Origin: Gammaproteobacteria bacterium
GTDB lineage: Bacteria; Pseudomonadota; Gammaproteobacteria; Pseudomonadales; Cellvibrionaceae
DNA: 64,000 nt
Reading direction: 5' to 3'
NCBI GenBank assembly: GCA_005801205.1
Contig: SYDJ01000111.1
Coordinates: 636-64,635, forward strand
Shown here: one piece after another, positions 51,501 to 60,801 of the stretch
How the letters are laid out: every line of letters begins with the position of its first letter
Position numbering within the stretch: position 1 is the first letter of the stretch
The notes under the pieces: model-generated
Database searches by the model: none
What the model was told of the DNA's origin: nothing
The model's input: the letters and a program-made list of their open reading frames with translations, nothing else
Position numbers and translations under genes: made by a program

Positions 51501-52829
51501 ATGATATGCACAAACTCTCTAGAAAGCGTTATTGCGCGATTAATTGTACAGATTGATCGACTGATCAGCGCGCAACTTGATGCGATCCTACATCACCCTG
51601 CGTTACAAGAACTTGAAGCAGCTTGGCGCGGGCTCCATTTACTCGTAAGCGAAGCTGGCACACAAACAAACGTTAAAGTTCGCTTGTTAGATATCGAATG
51701 GCGCGAAATTGAAAAAGACCTAGGCCGCGCCTTAGAGTTTGATCAAACACGCTTATTCGAACTAATTTATACCGAAGAATATGATCTGGCAGGTGGGTTT
51801 CCTTTTGGGTTTGTAATTGCCAACTTCTCGTTTTCACATCAACGTGCAGATCATTTGGATACATTAAAAAAACTATCGCAAATTGCAGGCGCTGCATTTT
51901 CACCGGTATGCACATCACTGTCGCCAGCATTCTTTGGGGTAAAGAATTTTAGCGAGTTGCACTCCGGCATAAATTATCAAAACCTATTCAGCTCGCCCGA
52001 ATACATCTATTGGAAAAATTTTAGGCAACTAGAAGACTCACGATTTATGTCTTTTGCCCTACCGAAAATACTCATTCGACAACCATGGGGCAGCTTTAAT
52101 ACTTCAGGGAAGCTGTTCTACAAAGAGCAATGCTATTCTGAAGCCGATTTTTTATGGGCCAACGCTGCATTTGCGCTTGGTGCAGTATTGATTCGTGAGT
52201 TTGCACAGGTGGGTTGGTTTGCCCACATTAGAGGCGCACCAAGAGACACTATTGCAGGGGGAATCGTCACTCAACTTTCAACCATTCAAGAAGAATCAAC
52301 TAGCGCTTGGCTTTCAGCATTACCATCAACTGATCTAATTATTACCGAGGCACTTGAAAAAGAATTTTCTGAACGCGGGATCATCAGTTTATGTCATTTA
52401 TGGAATACACCTTACGCGGCATTTTTCTCACTACCCACGTGCCATCAGCCGCCGAATTACACAGACCAAAAAGCAGGAAATAATGCAAGAATTTCTGCGC
52501 AACTGCCTAATATTTTATGTGCTAGCCGGTTTGCACATTACATAAAAATAATCATGCGCGATAAAATTGGTAGTTTTATGAGTGCTCCTGAATGCGAACG
52601 ATTTCTGGAAAGCTGGCTACTAAAATACTCCATCAACAGTGGCGATCTTGATTGGAGCACGCAAGCACGCTATCCACTTCAATCGGTGAATGTTTCTGTA
52701 AATGAAGATCGTTTAAAGCCAGGACACTACAAATGCGTTATTCATTTAACTCCCCATTATCAATTAGATGGCGCAGTGTCTGAAATTCGGCTCACAACAG
52801 AGATTGTCAACCAAAGCAAAGCCGCCTGA
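51501..52829 (+). CDS. tssC: Second, divergent TssC-family protein (N-terminally shorter)
   Basis: IDRLISAQL.AILHHP..Q.LEAAWRGL, EFDQ, GGFPFG, SRFAHYIK..MRDK.GSF, PHYQL; start set at ATG 51501. Confidence 0.9.
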   Translation: MICTNSLESVIARLIVQIDRLISAQLDAILHHPALQELEAAWRGLHLLVSEAGTQTNVKVRLLDIEWREIEKDLGRALEFDQTRLFELIYTEEYDLAGGFPFGFVIANFSFSHQRADHLDTLKKLSQIAGAAFSPVCTSLSPAFFGVKNFSELHSGINYQNLFSSPEYIYWKNFRQLEDSRFMSFALPKILIRQPWGSFNTSGKLFYKEQCYSEADFLWANAAFALGAVLIREFAQVGWFAHIRGAPRDTIAGGIVTQLSTIQEESTSAWLSALPSTDLIITEALEKEFSERGIISLCHLWNTPYAAFFSLPTCHQPPNYTDQKAGNNARISAQLPNILCASRFAHYIKIIMRDKIGSFMSAPECERFLESWLLKYSINSGDLDWSTQARYPLQSVNVSVNEDRLKPGHYKCVIHLTPHYQLDGAVSEIRLTTEIVNQSKAA

Positions 52830-52840
52830 GGATTATACAA

Positions 52841-53296
52841 ATCGACTACGAAATAAGGCCTTCTATTCTTGATAGATTACTGGAAGATGAAGATAAAGCA
52901 TTATCTTTCTCCATGTACGATCTTAGAGAATCCGTGCGCAGAGATCTGGAGGCACTGCTTAATTGCCGCCAACGGTTCTTATCGAGCCCAGATATCTTGG
53001 TGGAAACTCAAAACTCTATTATTAATTATGGCATACCCGATTTATCGTCAATTAATTTTAATGACAGCAAATCAAAAGAAAGTTTTGCGAAGAAACTAGA
53101 AAACATTATTCGTTATTATGAGCCTCGGTTTAAAAGTGTCCGCGTTCATACTTATCCCGATAACCAACACGACGGAAAACTGCGATTCAAGGTTGATGCA
53201 ATTTTATATGCAGATCCTTCACCTGAAGCAGTTGTTTTTGATTCACAATTTGAGCCGATCACAAAAATGGTTAGCGTCAGCGAGAAAAAATCATGA
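52841..53296 (+). CDS. tssE: T6SS baseplate subunit TssE (gp25-like); start uncertain, first ATG at 52913
   Basis: PSILDRLL (upstream of the first ATG), LRESVRRDLE.LLN.R, SI.NYGIPD, I..YEPR. Confidence 0.9.
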   Translation: MDYEIRPSILDRLLEDEDKALSFSMYDLRESVRRDLEALLNCRQRFLSSPDILVETQNSIINYGIPDLSSINFNDSKSKESFAKKLENIIRYYEPRFKSVRVHTYPDNQHDGKLRFKVDAILYADPSPEAVVFDSQFEPITKMVSVSEKKS

Positions 53297-55119
53297 GTGA
53301 TGATTTACTCTATTATTACGAACGAGAACTAGCTTGGCTTAGAAATGCAGGAGCGGAATTTGCATCGTCGCACCCCAAAATAGCATCGAATTTACGCATG
53401 GGCTCCGACATTATTGAAGACCCGCATGTATCCCGGCTTATTGAGAGCGTTGCCTTCTTGAACGCACGCATACAGAGCAGGCTGGATAACGACTTCCCCG
53501 AATTAACCAATTCTCTTTTAGAAAATTTGCAACCTCATTATTTAGCACCCCTACCGTCAATGACTATCGTAGAAATTGAGGCTGCTGACGGGTTGGATCA
53601 AGCACAACTAATACCCAATCAAACATTACTTGAAACAGAGCGAGTCGATGGAATTGCATGTCGGTTTTCAACGATTTACCCTGTGTTGCTAACACCGTAT
53701 ATATTACAGCAAGCAAAACTAGTTTCGCGCCCATTCACGGCTCCAGGCTCCGAACATATTCGCGGAGCTGATTCGCTCTTGGCCATTCATTTACGCAATT
53801 CTACTGATGATTTCACTTTAGGCGCAGCAGGAATAAATTCTCTTCGCCTACATATTAAGCCAAGCCCGCAACATGCCTGGCCAATTTATGACATGTTAAC
53901 AAACTCTTGCTTGAAAATAGTTGTTGCCAATAGTGAACTAGACCCTTCGCCGATTTATCTTGACGCTAGCGTTATTAAACCGATCGGCTTTGGAAAGGAC
54001 GAATATGCTCTACCCACAGACAATGTGGCGCAACCTGCATATAGGTTGCTCACAGAATTTTTTCACTATCCGAACAAATTTCTTTTTCTTGAAATAAGCG
54101 GTCTAGCAGATGCCACCCGAGCAAAAACTGGAGATTTAATTTTATATTTCTATTTATCTTCAAGCGATAGGGATCTTGAACGCAATATCAACAAGCTCTC
54201 TTTTTCATTCACAGCAACTCCCGCTATCAATTTATTCTCTGCCAAGACAGAACCCTTTGCGCTTACGGAAACAGATATTGAATACCCGCTTGTTGTAGAG
54301 TCCCGCAATATCGACTCCTTTGAAATTTACTCAATTCAAACACTTAAAGAAATAAATGAAAGCACTGGCGAATCGACAGTAATAAAACCTTTTTTTGGTT
54401 TAGATCATAGTGACAAAGGCACTTCAAATTATTGGCAAGCATCTAAACGCATACGTTATGGCGGAAAAAATCTCAGTGATATTGGGCATGAAACTCTAAT
54501 CAGTGTAACCAATCGTGAACACAAGACCTATAGCGAAGAGGGGATAATCATTCAGGCAAGCGTACTTTCCAGCAATCGCAATTTGCCATCAAAACTTCCC
54601 TATGGCGGCGGGCAACCTCTATTTTCAACACAGGCTAGCAACTCCAACATTAAGAAAATTACCTCGCTAATGCCGCCAAGCTCTGTTGTACGCCCTGATT
54701 TAGGCAATGGTATAAAGTGGCGATTAATCTCCCATTTAAATCTTAATTTTTTAAGTTTAACCGCTCACCCCGAGCCTGTTGTTGCTTTGCGAGAAATGCT
54801 TCGCCTTTATGATTTTCAAGATTCAGCAGCAACGCGAGCAATGATTAATGCGATAGATAACATGCGCTGCGCCGTTACCACCTCATCGATAATGAGCGGA
54901 GGACGGCCTTGCCTTTGCCGAGGAATTGAAATATCACTGTGGTTTGATGAGACACTGCTAGCAGGGCAAAGCGTACTATTTTATGCAATTATAATGGAGC
55001 AATTTTTTACTCAATATGTCAGCCTAAACTCCTTTATAAAAGTGATAGTTCGCTTGAAGGGTAAAGATCAAATATTTAAAGCTTGGCCCCCGCGTGTAGG
55101 GAGCAAACCTCTACTATGA
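53293..55119 (+). CDS. tssF: T6SS baseplate subunit TssF
   Basis: LL.YYERELAWLR..G.EFA..HPKIA, DPHV.RLIE, Y.LL.EFF..P.KF, WRLISHLNLN, WPPR.G. Confidence 0.96.
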   Translation: MSDDLLYYYERELAWLRNAGAEFASSHPKIASNLRMGSDIIEDPHVSRLIESVAFLNARIQSRLDNDFPELTNSLLENLQPHYLAPLPSMTIVEIEAADGLDQAQLIPNQTLLETERVDGIACRFSTIYPVLLTPYILQQAKLVSRPFTAPGSEHIRGADSLLAIHLRNSTDDFTLGAAGINSLRLHIKPSPQHAWPIYDMLTNSCLKIVVANSELDPSPIYLDASVIKPIGFGKDEYALPTDNVAQPAYRLLTEFFHYPNKFLFLEISGLADATRAKTGDLILYFYLSSSDRDLERNINKLSFSFTATPAINLFSAKTEPFALTETDIEYPLVVESRNIDSFEIYSIQTLKEINESTGESTVIKPFFGLDHSDKGTSNYWQASKRIRYGGKNLSDIGHETLISVTNREHKTYSEEGIIIQASVLSSNRNLPSKLPYGGGQPLFSTQASNSNIKKITSLMPPSSVVRPDLGNGIKWRLISHLNLNFLSLTAHPEPVVALREMLRLYDFQDSAATRAMINAIDNMRCAVTTSSIMSGGRPCLCRGIEISLWFDETLLAGQSVLFYAIIMEQFFTQYVSLNSFIKVIVRLKGKDQIFKAWPPRVGSKPLL

Positions 55120-56159
55120 AAATCCCTTCTCTCGTAAGGAATTGGTTTGGATTGGTTCGGAATCTCGACAATCAAACTACCAATATTACTATTGGTGAAT
55201 ACAGTCCATTACGGGATGAGCCCATTCGGCTTTCAAGCTCATCAAAGCTCGCGTTTCCAGCTAAGGATATTGAATCAATAACGCGTGAACCCAATACGGG
55301 AACCAGTGAAATCAATTCTGTAGTTTCAATCTCTCATTCACGCTGGGGTCTAACGGGAAGTGTGGGCGCACTACCTTATGTTTATTCTGAATTATCAAAT
55401 GCGAATGCGCGCTTTCAGAAGTCAGCGTTAAAAGATTTTTTTAATATTTTTAACCATCGCGCTTTATCGCTACTTTACAAAGCATGGAAAAAATATCGTT
55501 TTCATATTCAAAAAGAAAAATATGAGAACGAAACAAGGACTGAGTCAGATAACTATACCGCCCTGCTCTCTGCAATCAGTGGTCTTGCCGATTCTGAGCA
55601 AATTAATTTAACTGGTCTCTCCGCGAATGCGCTCCTTAGCTACACAGGACTACTTGCAAGACAAGTACGTAGCGCGCGGGGTTTAAGCACCTTACTCAGC
55701 CAGCATTTTTTAATGAACATTCAGACCGAGGAACTTGTTGCACGCTGGGTAGATTTAGATAAAGAGGTACTCAGCCAAATCAGCGGGACTAGCGCTCAAG
55801 CCAACAACAAATTGGGTAGCACCTGCATTTTGGGTTCAAAAACTTGGCTGGCTCAACCTTTTTTTAGAGTGCTCGTGACTTCACCTACTGAAAAAGAGTT
55901 TGCGTCACTCATACCTAGTGGAAGCCTATTACAAAGCTTGCAATTATTAACTCAATTGTATGTTGGTGTAGAGTTTGCGTTTGATATTGAAATAAGAATC
56001 CCTGCCACAACTTTACCTCCCTCACGGCTAGGCGGGAGGAATCAGTTGAAACCTATTCTTGGGTGGAATACCTTAATCGGGCAGCCACGCAATGATCAGA
56101 CGCTCAAAATCCGAATAACACGTAATTATTATCAGCCTAAAAGGAGAGCAACATGGTAA
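55116..56159 (+). CDS. tssG: T6SS baseplate subunit TssG
   Basis: L.FP..DI, GLTG..GALP..YSE, DFF.IFNHR..SL.YKAW.KYR, LGWNT. Confidence 0.92.
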   Translation: MKIPSLVRNWFGLVRNLDNQTTNITIGEYSPLRDEPIRLSSSSKLAFPAKDIESITREPNTGTSEINSVVSISHSRWGLTGSVGALPYVYSELSNANARFQKSALKDFFNIFNHRALSLLYKAWKKYRFHIQKEKYENETRTESDNYTALLSAISGLADSEQINLTGLSANALLSYTGLLARQVRSARGLSTLLSQHFLMNIQTEELVARWVDLDKEVLSQISGTSAQANNKLGSTCILGSKTWLAQPFFRVLVTSPTEKEFASLIPSGSLLQSLQLLTQLYVGVEFAFDIEIRIPATTLPPSRLGGRNQLKPILGWNTLIGQPRNDQTLKIRITRNYYQPKRRATW

Positions 56160-58822
56160 ATGTAAATTTGAAAGCATTAGTTGAACGACTTAGCCCTTTT
56201 CTAAAAACCACCTTAGAAGGCGCGGCAGGTCTTGCCATGGGGCGAAGCCACTACAATGTTGAGCTAGAGCACTGGCTAATTAAAATTCTAGAAACGCAAG
56301 ATTGCGATTTATCAGAATTATTACGCCGCTTTAATGTAGATACTGGTCGTGTTATCGCCCAATTGCAAAGTGCTATTGAGCGTTTTAAAAACGGCAATAC
56401 GCGCGCGCCAGCACTTTCCGCACAATTGGTTGATGCTGCTAAAAATGGTTGGTTATTTGCCTCTATTGAACACAACCTTCAACAAGCTTCTTCCGCGCAT
56501 TTATTTGCAGCGGCATTATTAGACGACGCCATTCGCCGCCAATTAATGGATTCGATTCCCGCAATACGCGATCTCCCCGCAGAGGCTGTCCGCGAAGCCG
56601 TAAGTGCTGTTGTTGGCCGCACCGCTGAAACGGCGTCTAGCTTACGCGGTAGTGAGCCTGCAACTGGCGCATCAGGCACTGGACAAGTTCGCGCAGGCTT
56701 AACGCCTAGCCTTGATAAATACACCGTCAATCTCACCGAGCGTGCACGCGAAGGAAAAATTGACCCTGTATTGGGGCGCGACGCAGAGATTCGCCAATGC
56801 ATCGATATTTTGACTCGTCGTCGCCAAAACAATCCCATACTCACAGGCGAGGCTGGTGTTGGTAAAACTGCTGTGGTGGAAGGGCTTGCTTTGCGTATTG
56901 CTGAGGATGATGTGCCCACACCATTAAAAGGTGTATCCCTGCGCACTTTAGATTTAGGGTTACTGCAAGCAGGCGCTTCAGTAAAAGGCGAATTCGAAAA
57001 TCGATTGCGCCAAGTGATTGATGAAGTGAAAGCATCGCCACAACCCATTATTTTGTTTATCGATGAAGCTCATACACTCATCGGTGCCGGTGGCAAAGAA
57101 GGCCAAGGCGATGCAGCCAATTTACTTAAACCTGCTCTAGCGCGCGGCGAGTTACGCACCATTGCCGCGACTACTTGGGCTGAGTATAAAAAATATTTTG
57201 AACGCGACCCCGCACTCACGCGTCGCTTTCAAGTTGTAAAAGTCGAAGAGCCAGACGAAGCCAATGCAATCGATATGATGCGCGGTTTAGCTGGTGCCTT
57301 GCAAAAGCATCATAAAGTTCGAATTGGTGATGATGCCATTATTGCATCGGTGCAATTATCCCATCGCTATATTCCCAGCCGTCAGCTGCCCGATAAATCC
57401 GTAAGCTTGCTCGACACCGCCTGCGCTCGCGTAGCGCTAAGTCACTCGGCAACTCCGGCAGAAATCGATGACACCAAACGTAGAGTGCAACAATTACACA
57501 CGAATATTGCTCGCCTTCAACGAGAAAATGCTTCTGCTGGCAATCTAGATGAACAAATTGCCGCATTGATTGCCGAAAGAGATCAAACAGAAGCGCAACA
57601 AACCTCACTTGAAGCGCAATGGGAACAAGAAAAAACAATCATCAGCGAAATTACCCTTATACGCGATCAACTTGAAACTGAATTTCATCAAGACCCCAAC
57701 ACGCCTGCTGAGCAACTTTCAGATGAAGCCAAAGCTGCCCTGCGCGCACAACTCCGCGAAAAAGAAGCCGCCTTACTCGCCGTACAAGGTGAAAACGGCC
57801 TTATGTCGCCCCATGTGAATGCCAGTGAAGTGGCAGCAGTGGTTGCCAATTGGACGGGCATTCCAGTGGGCAAAATGGTCAGCAATGAAATTGAAAATGT
57901 ATTAAATCTTGGTGAGCGTTTAAGAGACAGAGTTATCGGCCAAGACCACGCACTGGAAGCTATTGCGCAAGTCATACGCACATCGCGTGCGGGCTTGAGT
58001 GACCCTCGTAAACCTATTGGCGTCTTTATGATGATTGGCACCAGCGGGGTCGGTAAAACCGAAACCGCATTAGCCTTGGCGGATATGCTCTATGGCGGAG
58101 AACAAAATCTCACCGTTATCAATATGTCTGAATTTAAAGAAGAACATAAAGTGTCGATGCTGCTTGGTTCGCCACCTGGTTATGTGGGTTTCGGTGAAGG
58201 CGGTGTTTTAACTGAAGCTGCACGCCGCAAACCCTACTCTGTTATTTTGCTCGATGAAATGGAAAAAGCGCACCACGGCGTGCAAGATATTTTTTACAAC
58301 CTGTTCGATAAAGGCACCATCAAAGATGGCGAAGGCCGCGATATTGATTTCAAAAACACGCTTATCATCATGACCACCAATGCCGGTGAAGGCGCCATTC
58401 GCGCGATTATCGATCAAGAAGAAACACGCCCCGAGCCGGATGTATTGCTGGATAGTATTCGCCCAGAATTACTCAAACACTTTAAACCTGCCTTTCTTGG
58501 TCGCTCGTCGTTGGTAACTTACTACCCATTAGGCGATGAACAATTAATGACGATTTGCGGCATTAATATGAAGCGCATTGCCAAACGCGTGCGCGCTCAT
58601 TACGGCGCAGAATTCTCGTACGATGAAGATGTACCCGTTCACATAGTGGCCCGCAGCCAAGAAGTGGATACCGGCGCGCGCAACATTGAAAATATTATAT
58701 CGCGCACAATTTTGCCGGAATTGGCGAGTGAATGCTTGCAAAAGCTCGCGAATGGCGAATCGATTAGCGCGATTAGGATTGAGGTTAATGATGAAGGGGT
58801 GTTTAGTTACACGGTGAATTGA
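56153..58822 (+). CDS. tssH: T6SS AAA+ ATPase ClpV
   Basis: Two Walker A motifs (GEAGVGKT, GTSGVGKT), IDPVLGRD.EIRQ, LDLGLLQAGA, INMSEFKE.H.VS.L.GSPPGYVG. Confidence 0.97.
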   Translation: MVNVNLKALVERLSPFLKTTLEGAAGLAMGRSHYNVELEHWLIKILETQDCDLSELLRRFNVDTGRVIAQLQSAIERFKNGNTRAPALSAQLVDAAKNGWLFASIEHNLQQASSAHLFAAALLDDAIRRQLMDSIPAIRDLPAEAVREAVSAVVGRTAETASSLRGSEPATGASGTGQVRAGLTPSLDKYTVNLTERAREGKIDPVLGRDAEIRQCIDILTRRRQNNPILTGEAGVGKTAVVEGLALRIAEDDVPTPLKGVSLRTLDLGLLQAGASVKGEFENRLRQVIDEVKASPQPIILFIDEAHTLIGAGGKEGQGDAANLLKPALARGELRTIAATTWAEYKKYFERDPALTRRFQVVKVEEPDEANAIDMMRGLAGALQKHHKVRIGDDAIIASVQLSHRYIPSRQLPDKSVSLLDTACARVALSHSATPAEIDDTKRRVQQLHTNIARLQRENASAGNLDEQIAALIAERDQTEAQQTSLEAQWEQEKTIISEITLIRDQLETEFHQDPNTPAEQLSDEAKAALRAQLREKEAALLAVQGENGLMSPHVNASEVAAVVANWTGIPVGKMVSNEIENVLNLGERLRDRVIGQDHALEAIAQVIRTSRAGLSDPRKPIGVFMMIGTSGVGKTETALALADMLYGGEQNLTVINMSEFKEEHKVSMLLGSPPGYVGFGEGGVLTEAARRKPYSVILLDEMEKAHHGVQDIFYNLFDKGTIKDGEGRDIDFKNTLIIMTTNAGEGAIRAIIDQEETRPEPDVLLDSIRPELLKHFKPAFLGRSSLVTYYPLGDEQLMTICGINMKRIAKRVRAHYGAEFSYDEDVPVHIVARSQEVDTGARNIENIISRTILPELASECLQKLANGESISAIRIEVNDEGVFSYTVN

Positions 58823-58857
58823 ATCCGTTTAACGCCTAATCAGACCTAAGTCTGATA

Positions 58858-58894
58858 AAATCCGAATTGAATGCGACCTATTCAATTCGGATTT
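58858..58894. terminator. Hairpin, probable terminator after clpV
   Basis: AAATCCGAATTGAAT-GCGACCT-ATTCAATTCGGATTT. Confidence 0.6.
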
Positions 58895-58934
58895 AATAGA
58901 TATATACCATAATCACTTTGTTTGGATCTAATCT

Positions 58935-59870
58935 GTGACAACACCCTATAAGCAAACATTGATAAGAGCACATAAAATGATTAGTTCAAAAGGTTTGAAT
59001 ATATCATTATCTATCGCGACCAGCTTATTGTTGCTATTTTGCATGCCATCTCAAGCTGCGGAACAAGTGGTTATTACCTTGAGTGACAGTCCTATTCAAA
59101 TTATTCGCGGTACGACTCTTTTTAAAGGTGTGCTTGGCGTAGACTTAAAGAAAGACGACATTATTGAAACGAAAATGTCCAGTGTGCAAATCGAAGCTAC
59201 TGATTTGATCTTATCATTAGCACCTGAAACAAAAATGTATCTTTTAAAACTTGCTGAGCCCGGCTGCGCTGAAATTATTTTGTTACAAGGGTGGGTTAAA
59301 GCTTCCAATAAGAAATCGGGAGAAAATGGATGTGTAAAAATCACCTCGCCCTTATTTGGAGTCTTGTTTGAAAATGGGGCAAGCATAGTTCATGTGTCCG
59401 AGAATAAAACCGATATGTTTGCGGAAGATAGCGCGCAAACCACTACAGCATTAGGTGAACGCGGCAAAGCTGGCGCTGAGACAAAAGTTAGCCGTGAGCA
59501 GTATGCTACACGATTAGCGGGGCAGGATATAAAAGTTCTACCACGACCACCAAAAGAGTTTATTGCCGAGATGCCAATGATTTTTCGAGATCAAATTACG
59601 TCAACCGCCAATCGGCTAAAGAATACAAAGGTTGAAGCTGAATTTATCCGCGAAGTGGAGTATCAAGATATTGAAGCTTGGCTAAAAAGTAATATCGCGC
59701 CCAGAAGTAGCTTTGTGAATCGCTTTAAACCACGTTTGAAAGATGCTAATTTCCGTAAGCAACTGGATGCGCAATTAGGCCAAACGCCTGATTGGAAAAA
59801 CATATTGCACCCTCCGCCACCACCGAAACCAAAATCTGAAGCTACAAATTCTGCAAAATCGAATTATTAA
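58935..59870 (+). CDS. Secreted or periplasmic hypothetical protein, FecR-like N-terminal beta domain, Pro-rich tail
   Basis: Signal peptide ..SQA, IIRG....GV.L..DDIIET, L.L.PET, LLQGWVK; HPPPPPKPK near the C-terminus; start may be ATG 58977. Confidence 0.7.
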   Translation: MTTPYKQTLIRAHKMISSKGLNISLSIATSLLLLFCMPSQAAEQVVITLSDSPIQIIRGTTLFKGVLGVDLKKDDIIETKMSSVQIEATDLILSLAPETKMYLLKLAEPGCAEIILLQGWVKASNKKSGENGCVKITSPLFGVLFENGASIVHVSENKTDMFAEDSAQTTTALGERGKAGAETKVSREQYATRLAGQDIKVLPRPPKEFIAEMPMIFRDQITSTANRLKNTKVEAEFIREVEYQDIEAWLKSNIAPRSSFVNRFKPRLKDANFRKQLDAQLGQTPDWKNILHPPPPPKPKSEATNSAKSNY

Positions 59871-59911
59871 TAAGTAGCAAAAATAAACAACTCCTCCACC
59901 CAGAGAGCAAC

Positions 59912-60790
59912 ATGAAAATATCAATCGTCGCTAAATTTAACATAGTGTTCATAACCATTTTCGCGGTAGGTTTTATTGCAGCAGGAATGATTGCAAATAA
60001 TCTACTCAGAGAAAATGCCCGCGAAGAAACGCTTCAGAATGCACGCTTACTGATGGAATCCGCCAAAGCAGCACGAACTTACACATCCAAACAAATTGTG
60101 CCGCTCTTGCAAACGCAACTGAAATACCAATTTCACCCGCAATCAGTACCCTCTTACGCGGCTGTTGAGAATTTCAATTTGGTGATGAAAGAGTTTCCAG
60201 GTTTTGCCTATAAAGAAGCAACACTGAACCCAACAAATCTACGTGATAGAGCTTCAGATTGGGAGGCAGATATTATTCATAAGCTACGCAGCGATACTGA
60301 GCTTAAAGAATATTTTGGAGAGCGCGATACACCAACGGGCCGTTCACTGTATCTCGCAAGACCATTGCAAATTAAAGACCCCGCTTGTTTAATTTGTCAC
60401 AGTACTGCAGATGCAGCCCCCAAAACCTTGATAGACGCCTATGGCTCAAATAACGGATTTGGATGGCAGCTGAATGAGATAATTGGTGCCCAGGTGATTT
60501 CAATTCCCATGAGTGTTCCACTAGAGCGCGCCAACAAAATACTGCATACTTTTATGCTGGCATTACTGGGCGTATTTTTGTTTCTGTTTATTTCGTTGAA
60601 CATAATGGTTCATATCTTTGTTACTCGTCGCATCAAAAAATTAGCAACGCTTGCCGATCAAGTCAGCATGGGTAAATTTGACGCAGATGAATTTGATGAA
60701 AAAGGTAATGATGAAATATCTGCATTATCTCAGTCATTTGGCCGTATGCGCACCAGCTTGGCAAGCGCATTAAAAATGCTTGAAGAGTAA
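59912..60790 (+). CDS. Membrane c-type heme sensor (DUF3365/Tll0287-like) plus HAMP, no output domain
   Basis: TM1, VP.YAA, YKEATLNPTN.RDRA..WE, LARP, heme-c motif CLICH, GFGW...EIIGAQ, TM2, HAMP (DEISALSQSFGRM), then stop. Confidence 0.88.
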   Translation: MKISIVAKFNIVFITIFAVGFIAAGMIANNLLRENAREETLQNARLLMESAKAARTYTSKQIVPLLQTQLKYQFHPQSVPSYAAVENFNLVMKEFPGFAYKEATLNPTNLRDRASDWEADIIHKLRSDTELKEYFGERDTPTGRSLYLARPLQIKDPACLICHSTADAAPKTLIDAYGSNNGFGWQLNEIIGAQVISIPMSVPLERANKILHTFMLALLGVFLFLFISLNIMVHIFVTRRIKKLATLADQVSMGKFDADEFDEKGNDEISALSQSFGRMRTSLASALKMLEE

Positions 60791-60801
60791 CTGAGCACCT
60801 T

